NCBI GenBank assembly: GCA_049296775.1
Contig: JBAQTB010000002.1
Location: 1,891 to 65,890, forward strand
Direction of reading: 5' to 3'
From: Patescibacteria group bacterium
Lineage (GTDB): Bacteria; Patescibacteriota; Patescibacteriia; UBA9934
DNA length: 64,000 bases
Shown here: one piece after another, positions 19,234-29,251 of the stretch
Layout: each line of letters starts with the position of its first letter
Numbering within the stretch: the stretch's first letter is position 1
Made by a program: the position numbers and the translations under genes
The notes under the pieces: generated by a model
Databases searched by the model: none
Told to the model about the DNA's origin: nothing
The model's input: only the letters and a program-made list of their open reading frames with translations

Positions 19234-20240
19234 AATAATCTGCCAAATTGCATCTTAAACCACTCACGGTATACGGCGCTCTGTCTGATTGGTCGCCACC
19301 AAGCCTCATTTCTACGGTACCAGGTTACCATATCCCTTAACCCGTCCTCAAAAGTCCTAGTTGGCTGCCAACCCAACTCTCTGTTGATCTTAGAGTGGTC
19401 AATAGCGTATCTGCGATCCTGACCCGGCCTGTCTTTCTGATACTCCAGCATGCTATCTGTGAGTCCCATGACCTCAAGCAATGCCTTGGCAGTATCTAAA
19501 ACGCTCAACTCAGAATCTCCGCCCATCATGTAAGTTTCTCCAACTTTGCCTTGCTCCAGAATCGCAATAATTCCCCTAGCATGATCTTGAGCATGAATCC
19601 AATCTCTAACCTGCCTGCCGTCACCGTGAATAAAAATCGGATGACCGTCAATTAAATTGGTTATACTAATTGATAAAAACTTTTCTGGATGCAAAAATGG
19701 TCCGTAATTATTGGTACAGTTTGAAATTGTGGCTTGCAAGTTATGGGTATCGATTGCAGCCCGCACCAAATGATCAGAAGCAGCCTTGGTGGCACTGTAC
19801 GGATTTCTGGGACTATACGGCGTCTGCTCATTAAACTTTGGCGCAGTTGGCTCTAATGATCCAAAGACTTCATCGGTACTCACGTGGTGCATGCGCTTAC
19901 CGTGCTTAACGCAAGCCTCAATCAAACGCTGAGTACCCAAGATATTCGTCATGATAAACGGCTCCGCATCCATAATGGACCGGTCCACATGCGTCTCAGC
20001 CGCAAAGTGCGCCACCATGTCAACAGATTTCACCAACTCATCCACGAGCTTCTTATCTACAATTGAACCGTAAACAAACTTGTACTTGGGATTGATCTGG
20101 ATATCGATGGTATTGGCTAAGTTCCCAGCGTAAGTCAAGGAATCCAAATTAATCACTTCCCAATCTGGCCGTTCAGCTAAAACGGTACGAATGAAATATG
20201 ATCCAATAAAGCCGCAGCCACCAGTTACCAGCACTTTCAT
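19230..20240 (-). CDS. rfbB: dTDP-glucose 4,6-dehydratase
   Basis: MKVLVTGGCGFIGSYFIR Rossmann motif, YSATKAASDHL (YxxxK). The Met at 20240 was preferred over the ORF-track start at 20255. Confidence 0.9.
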   Translation of the reverse strand: MKVLVTGGCGFIGSYFIRTVLAERPDWEVINLDSLTYAGNLANTIDIQINPKYKFVYGSIVDKKLVDELVKSVDMVAHFAAETHVDRSIMDAEPFIMTNILGTQRLIEACVKHGKRMHHVSTDEVFGSLEPTAPKFNEQTPYSPRNPYSATKAASDHLVRAAIDTHNLQATISNCTNNYGPFLHPEKFLSISITNLIDGHPIFIHGDGRQVRDWIHAQDHARGIIAILEQGKVGETYMMGGDSELSVLDTAKALLEVMGLTDSMLEYQKDRPGQDRRYAIDHSKINRELGWQPTRTFEDGLRDMVTWYRRNEAWWRPIRQSAVYREWFKMQFGRLL

Positions 20241-20336
20241 AGTCACCCTTAACATTACAGCAAGCCAGTAACCACGGTCAACCCTAAAAATTAGCTTTCA
20301 ATTAGCCAAATTAACCTGCAATTGGTTTGATGAACT

Positions 20337-20741
20337 CTAAATTCTCGCCTGAATCTCCATCGCAATGGTCGCTAGCTCCTGATCAGAAGGATGGGTCTTA
20401 GTAAAAGTTCGAGGCACGCCCGCTTTGCGCGGCATGATATGTAAGTGCGTATGCATAACATCCTGACCAGCTGATTCACCATGATTCATGCCAAGGTTAT
20501 AACCATCTGCACCTACAGCCTGCATAATTTTTGGTGCCAAGAAATGAACAGCCGTAATTAAAGCCTGCGCGTCTTCAACGGTATTGACGGCAAGATTCTC
20601 GGCATGAGCTTTTGAAATCACTAAAGTGTGGCCAGGGCTAACCGGACCAATATCAAGGAAAGCTAAAACGTGTTCGTTCTCGTGAACTTTATGCGCCGGG
20701 ATCTCACCAGCACTAATCTTGCAAAATAAACAATCAGTCAT
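20337..20741 (-). CDS. HIT-family (histidine triad) nucleotide hydrolase/transferase
   Basis: 134 aa; CLFCKI zinc-ribbon-like N-terminus and the HTHLHIMPR histidine-triad motif. Confidence 0.8.
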   Translation of the reverse strand: MTDCLFCKISAGEIPAHKVHENEHVLAFLDIGPVSPGHTLVISKAHAENLAVNTVEDAQALITAVHFLAPKIMQAVGADGYNLGMNHGESAGQDVMHTHLHIMPRKAGVPRTFTKTHPSDQELATIAMEIQARI

Positions 20742-20744
20742 AAC

Positions 20745-21086
20745 TTAGGCTTCAGATTTATACATGAATCTTAACAGTACACTCGGTAAACATAATGCTA
20801 CACCTACAATCACTAACCTGTATGCGCCCAACGCCACCAAAGAGTCAAAGGCGATCAACGCTAGCAACACCCCAATGCAGAAAGCTACAACGCTAGCACC
20901 ACGCCTAGCTCCGTCCGTCCCCGATGTTACGGATAAACTCACCAATCCTGCTAGCAGTGTCCCCAGTACTAGCCAATAAAACGGCAAAACTGAACTCACA
21001 AAACCTGGAACCTGCCACTCAATATACCCAAAAGCAAAACATGACACACTGAGCATCACGTACACATGAAAAGCTAAGTAACGCAT
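20745..21086 (-). CDS. Hypothetical small integral membrane protein
   Basis: 113 aa, about 4 TM helices; no recognisable domain. Confidence 0.4.
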   Translation of the reverse strand: MRYLAFHVYVMLSVSCFAFGYIEWQVPGFVSSVLPFYWLVLGTLLAGLVSLSVTSGTDGARRGASVVAFCIGVLLALIAFDSLVALGAYRLVIVGVALCLPSVLLRFMYKSEA

Positions 21087-21087
21087 A

Positions 21088-22557
21088 TTATGGCAGCAAA
21101 AGTTTAATGACTTGTTTAAACTCTGACAACAATTGCCGAAGCGTCAACGGTTCTCTAGAAAAAGTCACCTTAATGGCATGCACCGCCACCTGCTCATGAC
21201 TATCAGCCGCACCCGGCGCAGACAAAGTAAACTTGTACGCGCCATTTTCAAAGGCCAAAGTCGATGTGTCAAACGTCGCCTCAGCCACCCGCCAACCGTT
21301 CTCCTCAGTCACTGGCGCTAAGTTAGCTAAAACATGCTCTATCCGACCATCATCAAGTGACGTGTACGGAGTCACCGGCACTGGATCAGGATTAAAAAAA
21401 GACGCACGACTAAACGCATACTTACCTTCACCGGTAATCTTCAAATCCCCCACCGGCGTTTGTATAAGCTTAACTCCGACTCCACTCACCGTCGTAGCAT
21501 ATTTTGCCCCTACTTCGTCAACTGCAACCCGCGTCTCGCCAGCTATGACCGTCTGCAAACCTTCGCGGTGCTGTGTCTCTAAGGTAACCCTAGCTGCGTC
21601 TGTATACAGCTCGGTCGCCCTAGGCGCAGCCAAGTAGCCCACGTCATCACCAATAAACACTCGATTTTTCACCACCAAGTAACGCGCCGTGGTTTGCACG
21701 GAACGCCACACCAGATCTGACGTTCCTGACAACACAATACGGTACACACCCTCCGGCCACCCCTTGCCCGTCAACTGAACTTCCCGCAGTGTCGACGGCT
21801 CCTGATTATCATAAATATTCCCATCATCTTTCAAAACATATTCCGTCATGAGAGAGCCAGACTCGTCATACACCTTCACAAAACCGTCATCCGCACCATA
21901 AGTACGGTTCACGTCCGTGTAAGTCACACTAAAATTAAACTCCTCAGATTTCACATACGTCAGCAACTCATGCGGTCCCCGCAAACTCACGTCAAAAGTC
22001 TGCACCTGACCAAGCGGTGTGTAATTACTGTCCCTAAACGGAGTCGGAAACTCTGCCCGGTACGTAGCCACCAAAGTTCTGTCCGGTGGGGTTTCCAAAA
22101 AAGTCTGATAGGCTAAACTTTTTGGATCTTTACTAAAGATCGCCAAGCCATCACTCAAGTCATACCTCGTCCAAGCCAAATCTTCTAAAAGAGCGTGTGC
22201 TAAAGGCTGAAAATCAAAAGCCTGTGCAGCAATATCTTTTAAACCGCCAATTTCAAAGGTCGGGGTTTCAGCTGGATCAAAAGCAACTTCCAACTGTATA
22301 TGTTCAAAATTACCTGGCGGTGGCATCACAGAAAAATACACTGGCTCATCCAACAAATGTACAAAAGCTCCGTTCGACCCCGCCATAACCGCACTCACCC
22401 GTTCATCCGGCAACAAACGCTGCACCACCGGGGAAAGATCGCCTACCACATAATGAGCAACCTTCGTACCACTCGGCACTAAGTAATGGTTAAGCAGTAA
22501 CAAAAAACCTAACACCGGCAAACACCATATTCCCAACTGTAATAACCGGATGGACAT
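21088..22557 (-). CDS. Hypothetical secreted/membrane-anchored protein
   Basis: 489 aa; N-terminal signal/TM (LLQLGIWCLPVLGFLLLL); large extracytoplasmic region without recognisable motifs; abuts a GT-C-type gene. Confidence 0.45.
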   Translation of the reverse strand: MSIRLLQLGIWCLPVLGFLLLLNHYLVPSGTKVAHYVVGDLSPVVQRLLPDERVSAVMAGSNGAFVHLLDEPVYFSVMPPPGNFEHIQLEVAFDPAETPTFEIGGLKDIAAQAFDFQPLAHALLEDLAWTRYDLSDGLAIFSKDPKSLAYQTFLETPPDRTLVATYRAEFPTPFRDSNYTPLGQVQTFDVSLRGPHELLTYVKSEEFNFSVTYTDVNRTYGADDGFVKVYDESGSLMTEYVLKDDGNIYDNQEPSTLREVQLTGKGWPEGVYRIVLSGTSDLVWRSVQTTARYLVVKNRVFIGDDVGYLAAPRATELYTDAARVTLETQHREGLQTVIAGETRVAVDEVGAKYATTVSGVGVKLIQTPVGDLKITGEGKYAFSRASFFNPDPVPVTPYTSLDDGRIEHVLANLAPVTEENGWRVAEATFDTSTLAFENGAYKFTLSAPGAADSHEQVAVHAIKVTFSREPLTLRQLLSEFKQVIKLLLP

Positions 22558-22558
22558 G

Positions 22559-24181
22559 CTAATTTTTACTTAAACGATACAATGATTCTTCCTGCAAAAC
22601 TACCACCAACTCAATCTTCACCCCCAAATTAAACAGCTTCTGCTGATTCAGATACTCGATATCCTCAGGTGGCAAGGTAATGCCAAAGTAATAAACTGGT
22701 GCCAACTCTAGCATGTCCGGAATAGCGGCATACGTAGCCTCGCTTCTCAGTGGCCCCACCACCCTTCTATCAGGAAACAGGTATTTGTCAGCCCGATCCA
22801 CAATAACAATCCCGTCACCTTCAACTAGCTCCAGTATAGCCGACCTCTTGGCCTCAAAGGTCGCCAAGGCTTGCAGGCTCGGCACAATTCCGTCATGACC
22901 AAAAAAGACTAACCTGAACGATAAGCTAAGCACCAATAAGCCCAGACCGGCTACAAATAACCGGCGCAATCTCCCATGCTCGCCCCACATATACGTCACC
23001 GCCTTGCCCGCAAACACACTGGCTAACGCAAAGAGCGGCAGCCAATATCTAACGTGTGAGTTACCTAACGAAATAATTTTAGGATCAGGATTGTCGATAA
23101 TCCTCCAGCTGCCATACACCACCCCTAACCACATCGCTAAAGCTAGAGTAAACATCAAAACCATCAACCAACGTCGTCGTGACTCGCCTGTTTCCATGGC
23201 CACCAAAACCATACCCGTTAGAGCCAAAATGCTCATCCACGGATACAGCTTAAAACCATAATTCACCACGTTATACCAAATAACCCGCTCATTGAATCCA
23301 AAAGGCAGCAATAAGTTCCTACCGGCCACATCAGTCGCGACCTCACTGACCGGCGCAGCCTCCAGCGCTGGCTCCGGATAAGCGTAATGCACGGTGTAAC
23401 CATTCAGCACAGGGCTGCCGTACAAAGCATAATTCACCAATCCCAACACCCCCAGCATGAGTGCGAAACCTACCAATACGCCAGCGATACCTTTCACCGT
23501 CACACTCCGTCTAGCTAACCACAACCCAACCACTAGCGCCGCACCTACCCACAGCAATTCTGATGTCCTGATCACACAGGCCGCTCCAAACCAAGCTCCA
23601 GCCACTAGATAATCACTCGCCAAGGCCCAAGCCTCAAATTTACCCTTCGATCGCTTAACCAACGGTCTGCTCAGTAACCACCACAAGCCCACCACCAAAC
23701 AAAACAAAAAGGCGACGTTATGCATCATGACCCGACTACTGTAATACCAAAAAGCCGGATGAATCAGGAGTAAGAGTGCTGACCAATCAGCCAGTTTTTC
23801 ATCTTTAAAAAACTGTCTCACGCTCTCACGCCACAACCAAATAGTCAGCACCGCCAAGAGCGGCGTCACCAACAGCATCGCTGACTGACCAAACACATAT
23901 CCGACTGTACCCAGTAACAAAATGAACCCGACAAAACTCGCTGGGATGACAGTGTCGCCATACCCAATCGCACTTCTTGGATGCAAAATTCCACCTAACT
24001 GCAAGTTAAGCGGCTCGGCAATAGCTAATTGACCTGTCTCCGCCCAAGCCTGGGCAAAAATATACGTCGCATTTTCATCCGGAGAAACAAACAGACCATG
24101 GTTAAGCGGCCAGCTCAAGGCTAAAATCGATAGAAAAAATCCCACCAGTATTAGCCCACGAGCCCACTTACGCCAAAACAT
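22559..24181 (-). CDS. GT-C superfamily polytopic membrane glycosyltransferase (family 39/83-like, PMT/ArnT-type)
   Basis: 540 aa. More than 10 TM helices; a DE-containing motif (SPDENATYIF) in the first extracytoplasmic loop; soluble C-terminal domain. This topology is typical of GT-C enzymes. Confidence 0.45.
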   Translation of the reverse strand: MFWRKWARGLILVGFFLSILALSWPLNHGLFVSPDENATYIFAQAWAETGQLAIAEPLNLQLGGILHPRSAIGYGDTVIPASFVGFILLLGTVGYVFGQSAMLLVTPLLAVLTIWLWRESVRQFFKDEKLADWSALLLLIHPAFWYYSSRVMMHNVAFLFCLVVGLWWLLSRPLVKRSKGKFEAWALASDYLVAGAWFGAACVIRTSELLWVGAALVVGLWLARRSVTVKGIAGVLVGFALMLGVLGLVNYALYGSPVLNGYTVHYAYPEPALEAAPVSEVATDVAGRNLLLPFGFNERVIWYNVVNYGFKLYPWMSILALTGMVLVAMETGESRRRWLMVLMFTLALAMWLGVVYGSWRIIDNPDPKIISLGNSHVRYWLPLFALASVFAGKAVTYMWGEHGRLRRLFVAGLGLLVLSLSFRLVFFGHDGIVPSLQALATFEAKRSAILELVEGDGIVIVDRADKYLFPDRRVVGPLRSEATYAAIPDMLELAPVYYFGITLPPEDIEYLNQQKLFNLGVKIELVVVLQEESLYRLSKN

Positions 24182-24182
24182 A

Positions 24183-24767
24183 TTAAAGTGAGTACGTGAT
24201 CACTGCGATACTCGCGAACACTAAGGACACGAGCAGCACCAATTCACCCAAGTCAATCAAAATCGGCACATCCAACATGATCCCGAGCAACAATAAAGTT
24301 AGCGAACAAAACTGCAAAAACATCTTACTCTTGCCCCAGGCATTCGCCGCCATCACCGTACCTGCATATTTAGTGGAGGCCCAACGTAAACTTGGCAGCA
24401 TATCCAAAGACAACGCGGCAAAGACCGTCACCGGGTTGAAATACTGCAACGCCACCACTAACGCAATGGAACCGATCAAAAACTTATCTGCAATCGGATC
24501 AAAGAAAATGCCCCACGGAGTGACCTGTTTTCTCACCCTAGCTAAAGACCCGTCAACGGCATCCGTAATCGCAGCCACGATAAACAACGGCACTCCCCAA
24601 GTGTAATGTTCTGTAAACAAGAGCCACAACACAAGCGGGGTCATCAGAAATCTCAGCACCGTAATGTGGTTGGGGTGGACGAATTTTGGAATAAACGGCA
24701 AAATAACCACTCGCAAGATGTAGTCATGCGGGTAGAGTTTGGTCAGATCCCTAGTTGGTCTAGTCAT
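24183..24767 (-). CDS. CDP-alcohol phosphatidyltransferase family protein
   Basis: 194 aa; AAITDAVDGSLAR...G...FDPIADK fits the D-x2-DG-x2-AR...G-x3-G-x3-D-x3-D signature. Confidence 0.7.
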   Translation of the reverse strand: MTRPTRDLTKLYPHDYILRVVILPFIPKFVHPNHITVLRFLMTPLVLWLLFTEHYTWGVPLFIVAAITDAVDGSLARVRKQVTPWGIFFDPIADKFLIGSIALVVALQYFNPVTVFAALSLDMLPSLRWASTKYAGTVMAANAWGKSKMFLQFCSLTLLLLGIMLDVPILIDLGELVLLVSLVFASIAVITYSL

Positions 24768-24800
24768 GCTATGCTGCTAACAAATATTGATTAAACTACC

Positions 24801-26828
24801 ATGTTACGCAAATTTTTGCCACTCCTGGCCCTGCTGCCGGTAGCTCTCAGCACCTACGCTCTACCCCAGACCTGGTTTGGGGCTCTGGCTTTATTTGGCT
24901 ACTTACTAGCCTGCGGACTGGCAGCCGGCCCTAGATTAGCCCCCAACGCTATCAGACCGCTCCAATTAGCTATGGGAGTCATGGCGACCACTGCCACCCT
25001 CAGCCTGTTAGGTAGTGTAGTTTATTATAGCGCAACCGTAACTGACGTGAGCCTACTGATCGTACTCAGTGTCACCGCGATCCTCGCTGGCCTGATCTCA
25101 CTCCCAAGTCAGGCTCCGGCCTTACAGTTTCCCAAGCTCAATCTCGATTTAATCTTATTTGGCTGCGGGCTCCTCTGTCTCGCCGGTTGGTGGCTGCTCA
25201 TGCTGGATACTCAAATCCTCACCGCCGTGCGCTCCCCCTGGATGATCTTAAACCCCACCAGTTTATTAACTCTCGGACTGGCGATGGTCTGTGCTCTAAC
25301 TCTGTGCTTACGCGCACGCTCCCAAGGATTGGCACTAACCCTGCTCGCCGCCTGCCTGCTCTCAGGCACCACGCTAGCCGCCCTCAGCTACCCACTCGGT
25401 TATGGCTTTGACCCGTTCTTGCACCGCGCTACCGTGGCACATATTGCCGAATTTGGAACCATCACGCCCAAGCCGCTGTACTACATCGGGCAATACGCGC
25501 TGGAACTCATCGGAGTAAAGATTTTTTCCCTACCTCTCTTTAGTCTAGATACCTTTCTAGCGCCCGTACTCCTGAGCTTAGGCGCTGTGACTGCCTTAGC
25601 TACCAGACAGGCCCAAGTTAAAGCACCCACTATCATCCTGGCTAGCTTGATTTTTCTACCGCTGTCCGCCTTTGTTCAAACTACTCCCCAGGCGCTCGCC
25701 TTTGTCTTTACCGTCTGGGCACTGCTCTCTCCCCCTAAACCGCTTTACGTACCCGCCCTCTTCGCACTTGCCGCCCTAATTACACACCCGTTAGCCGGCA
25801 TCAGTGCCGTCATTTACGTGGTCATGCTAGCGGTTAGCCAACTTGAAGGTCGCTATACAAATCTCAAAATCCCCGCCCTAGTCATCATCACCTTAGCGGC
25901 AGCTATCTCCACCCCACTCGCCTTTGTCATTCAAGCCAAACTTGCTCATTTAAGTTTAAGCTTTACCTGGCAAAATATCTTCAAACTCTGGGATCTCCCC
26001 ATTACACACTTCTTTGGCACTCAATATTCTGCCTGGGGCGATACTGCCTATTTCTTCATTAGTAACGCTTTTCTCATCGTGCTGCTCCTGACCATTATTG
26101 GCGCAATGCTCACCCCCAAAAACCAAACCGGTTGGTATATTCCAGGCCTGGTAGCTCTCACCATGTTTAGCAATTTCGTCATCCTCAGTTTAGGCTTTGA
26201 CTTTACCTTTTTAATCTCTTACGAACGAAGCGATTTTGCCCTGAGACTCCTGACCCTCACCACCATCTTTTTACTCCCCTACGTCTCTGTACTCTTTAGC
26301 TACCTCGCCACCAAATTACGTACACAACCTGCCGGCTTAAGTTTAGGCGCCATCACCTTGCTAGCCCTGGTGTTTACCAGCCAAGTTTACGCCGCCTACC
26401 CCAGGCACGATAACTACACCCGGTCATCCGGATTCAATTTAAGTGCCACTGATTTCAACACCGTCATCGCCATTGATAAACACGCCAATCAAGAAAACTA
26501 CATCGTCCTCTCAGACCAAGCCTTAGCGGCAGCCGCCGTACAAGAACTGGGCTTCAAGCAGTATTACCACGGTGACATCTTCTTCTACCCTATCCCAACC
26601 GGTGGCCCCCTATATCAGCACTTCCTTGATCTAGTAGAAAACAAACCAGATCTCGACACCGTGTACCAAGCCATGGACTTAGCTGGCGTGGATTTAGCCT
26701 ATTTCGCTATCCACGATTACTGGTGGCAAGCACCCCAAATTATAGAAAATACCAAAGGCCTAGCAACTGACTGGTTCGCTATTGGCGACAACGCCGTGAC
26801 TGTATTCGTGTTCAAACGACAGGAGTGA
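24801..26828 (+). CDS. Hypothetical large polytopic membrane protein with C-terminal extracytoplasmic domain (possible GT-C-type transferase)
   Basis: 675 aa; about 13-15 TM helices over the first ~530 aa, then a ~150-aa soluble domain; no diagnostic motif recognised. Confidence 0.5.
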   Translation: MLRKFLPLLALLPVALSTYALPQTWFGALALFGYLLACGLAAGPRLAPNAIRPLQLAMGVMATTATLSLLGSVVYYSATVTDVSLLIVLSVTAILAGLISLPSQAPALQFPKLNLDLILFGCGLLCLAGWWLLMLDTQILTAVRSPWMILNPTSLLTLGLAMVCALTLCLRARSQGLALTLLAACLLSGTTLAALSYPLGYGFDPFLHRATVAHIAEFGTITPKPLYYIGQYALELIGVKIFSLPLFSLDTFLAPVLLSLGAVTALATRQAQVKAPTIILASLIFLPLSAFVQTTPQALAFVFTVWALLSPPKPLYVPALFALAALITHPLAGISAVIYVVMLAVSQLEGRYTNLKIPALVIITLAAAISTPLAFVIQAKLAHLSLSFTWQNIFKLWDLPITHFFGTQYSAWGDTAYFFISNAFLIVLLLTIIGAMLTPKNQTGWYIPGLVALTMFSNFVILSLGFDFTFLISYERSDFALRLLTLTTIFLLPYVSVLFSYLATKLRTQPAGLSLGAITLLALVFTSQVYAAYPRHDNYTRSSGFNLSATDFNTVIAIDKHANQENYIVLSDQALAAAAVQELGFKQYYHGDIFFYPIPTGGPLYQHFLDLVENKPDLDTVYQAMDLAGVDLAYFAIHDYWWQAPQIIENTKGLATDWFAIGDNAVTVFVFKRQE

Positions 26829-26894
26829 CGAGGAAAGAATTTAGAATTTAACTGGAACAGACACAACCTCTCATCAGACCCTAGATTCTAAAAT

Positions 26895-28121
26895 CTAAAG
26901 TCTGGCTTTATTTACTCTGCGTTCCACGATCATGTGCTTAATGATCTCGGTGAGGCGATCAGCATATTTATCTAAGGCGAAATCCGCTACCGTCGCGCGA
27001 ATGGCGTCGCCGCTAGCAATCAACTCGACCTTGTGTAGATCAAGCTCTTGAATGGCTCGCAATAAATCATTTTCATCACCCGGGGTAAACAAGAAACCAG
27101 ATACTCCCTCTTGCACCAGCTCGCCCACGCCACCAATTCTAGACGCCACCACCGGCAAGCCCGCGTTCAAAGCTTCGTAAATGACAGTTGGAGAATTCTC
27201 ATAGCAAAGTGACGGCACCACCACGGCATCAACCACTGAAAAGAATTTGCTTAATTCGCCAGGTGGCATAAAGCCTAAATAGCGAATATTCTTATTCGCC
27301 TCAGCCGCTTTTTCAACCACAGAACGTAGCGGACCGTCTCCTACAATGAGCAAATGACACTCCTGCTGAATGCGTGCGTACGCTTTCAATAAAAACTCAA
27401 TACCTTTATGTTCGGCTAATTGACCAACAAAAAATAGTCGGAGTGGCCCCTCTGGACGCTGCAAGGCACGCGGTGCGCCCTGAGCGGGTGGCGGATTCCG
27501 CAAAACTTTCAAGGTCGTACCGCCAAAAAAACCAGCCTCTAGATACGCCTTACCTAAATACTCGGAAGGGGAAATCACCACATCCGGGTCCCCAATCCTA
27601 GCTCGGCATACTTGCCTATAAACCGCATAAGCCGGCTTGACCCACAACGGCAGTTGCTCATGACCAGCCAACAATAAACCGGACGGATACAGCAATTGCA
27701 AATCATGCATGACATGCACGTGCGGAAGATCAAGGGCACGAATAACTCTAGGGATATTCAAACCGATCCCGACCAAATTGTGAGTAATCACCACATCTGG
27801 GCGTTCGTCTGACAAAATTTGCCGCACTAGATTAGCCGAATGCCAACCCAAGGCATCGATAATATGCCAAAATAACCTAACAAATTTTGGATACTTGTAA
27901 TCGTCTAAAGTAAAATACAAATTCTTTGGAAAGAAACGGTAAACCCGCTCCGTGCTCGACCGATCCAGCGTAATTTTCTTACCGAATCTCTTGGGCTGTC
28001 CGGTAATCACAAACACGTCGTGACCCATGGCCAACAACTGTCCGACCGTACGCACAATGACGTTCTCAGCTCCACCACGAGAATGTGGCGGATACAGATT
28101 TGTAATAATACCAATCTTCAT
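26895..28121 (-). CDS. Glycosyltransferase family 4 (GT-B)
   Basis: MKIGIITNLYPPHSRGGAENV N-terminus; C-terminal ENSPTVIYEALNAGLPVVAS...GFLF (E-x7-E-type motif). Confidence 0.8.
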   Translation of the reverse strand: MKIGIITNLYPPHSRGGAENVIVRTVGQLLAMGHDVFVITGQPKRFGKKITLDRSSTERVYRFFPKNLYFTLDDYKYPKFVRLFWHIIDALGWHSANLVRQILSDERPDVVITHNLVGIGLNIPRVIRALDLPHVHVMHDLQLLYPSGLLLAGHEQLPLWVKPAYAVYRQVCRARIGDPDVVISPSEYLGKAYLEAGFFGGTTLKVLRNPPPAQGAPRALQRPEGPLRLFFVGQLAEHKGIEFLLKAYARIQQECHLLIVGDGPLRSVVEKAAEANKNIRYLGFMPPGELSKFFSVVDAVVVPSLCYENSPTVIYEALNAGLPVVASRIGGVGELVQEGVSGFLFTPGDENDLLRAIQELDLHKVELIASGDAIRATVADFALDKYADRLTEIIKHMIVERRVNKARL

Positions 28122-28126
28122 AACCC

Positions 28127-29251
28127 TTAGCTCATCAGTCTGTTGTACACCCCCAAGAGTCTATCCGCAAGTACATCGAGCGTGTATTCAGTTTCTACTC
28201 GTTCCCTAGCCTTATCTCCTAGTCTTTTAGCCAAGCCCGGATCATCTAAAAATTTCTGCAATGCAGCCTCTACAGACTCCTCGATCCCTGCTTCAGCCAA
28301 AAGCCCTGTCTCTCCGACCGAAACCAGTGTCCTCACGCCCGGCAAATCCGACACAACGGACGGCAAGCCACTCGCAGCTGCCTCCAAAGTCACCAAACCA
28401 AACGCCTCACTCTGACTAACAGAAGGCAAAACATGCACATCGGCCGCCTGATACAAGCCCGGTAGCTCGTCTTGAGATACTGAACCAGCAAAAATTACTC
28501 TATCCGCAATTTGCAAAGTCTTCACCAAATTCTCGTAATCAGCGCGCATATCGCCATCACCCACAATCAACAATCTCCAATCAGTTTGAGGAGACAAGTA
28601 TGCCGATGCTCGCAACAGCACATCAACACCCTTGAACGAATGAGCTTTATCTAAACCACCTACGAAAATAAACACCGTGGCCGATTCGGAGACGCCGTGC
28701 CGCGTACGCCAAGCTAAATTCTCTCCCGGCGTAAAACGTTGCACATCAATTCCAAACGGCATGTCGATCAATTGCTTGTGATGCAAACCAACTGCTGCCG
28801 CGTAATCTAACGAACTCACACACACCGCCTTGGCTGCACGCAAAACGAATGGCTCGAGCACCAAGCGGTGTAACTTAAACACTAGATCTCGCCAATCTCC
28901 TGCCAACGGCTGCATGTGATAAGTCAGCACCATGGGCTTACGCTGCCACCAAGCCCACAACGCCACAAAAATATCTGTGCCGTAAAATGGGTAATGTAAA
29001 TGCACCAAGTCACAACCTTTTAGCGCCTTCATTACGCCTGGCAACACAGCCGCATTCCCAAACGAAACGATTGGTCTTAAATACTTAGCCTCCACCCCCT
29101 CTGGACGCCCCGGATACTCCGGCGTCAATACCAAAACCTCAGCAGCTCTAGCCCGGAGTTCCCGGGCATCACTGGCCGCGACTGCACCCATGCCGCCTCT
29201 GTACGGTGGGTAAACTGGTGTGACAATTCCAATCCGCATACGCCTTACCAT
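28127..29251 (-). CDS. Glycosyltransferase family 4 (GT-B)
   Basis: MRIGIVTPVYPPYRGGMG N-terminus; SEAFGLVTLEAAASGLPSVVSD C-terminal motif. Confidence 0.8.
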   Translation of the reverse strand: MVRRMRIGIVTPVYPPYRGGMGAVAASDARELRARAAEVLVLTPEYPGRPEGVEAKYLRPIVSFGNAAVLPGVMKALKGCDLVHLHYPFYGTDIFVALWAWWQRKPMVLTYHMQPLAGDWRDLVFKLHRLVLEPFVLRAAKAVCVSSLDYAAAVGLHHKQLIDMPFGIDVQRFTPGENLAWRTRHGVSESATVFIFVGGLDKAHSFKGVDVLLRASAYLSPQTDWRLLIVGDGDMRADYENLVKTLQIADRVIFAGSVSQDELPGLYQAADVHVLPSVSQSEAFGLVTLEAAASGLPSVVSDLPGVRTLVSVGETGLLAEAGIEESVEAALQKFLDDPGLAKRLGDKARERVETEYTLDVLADRLLGVYNRLMS

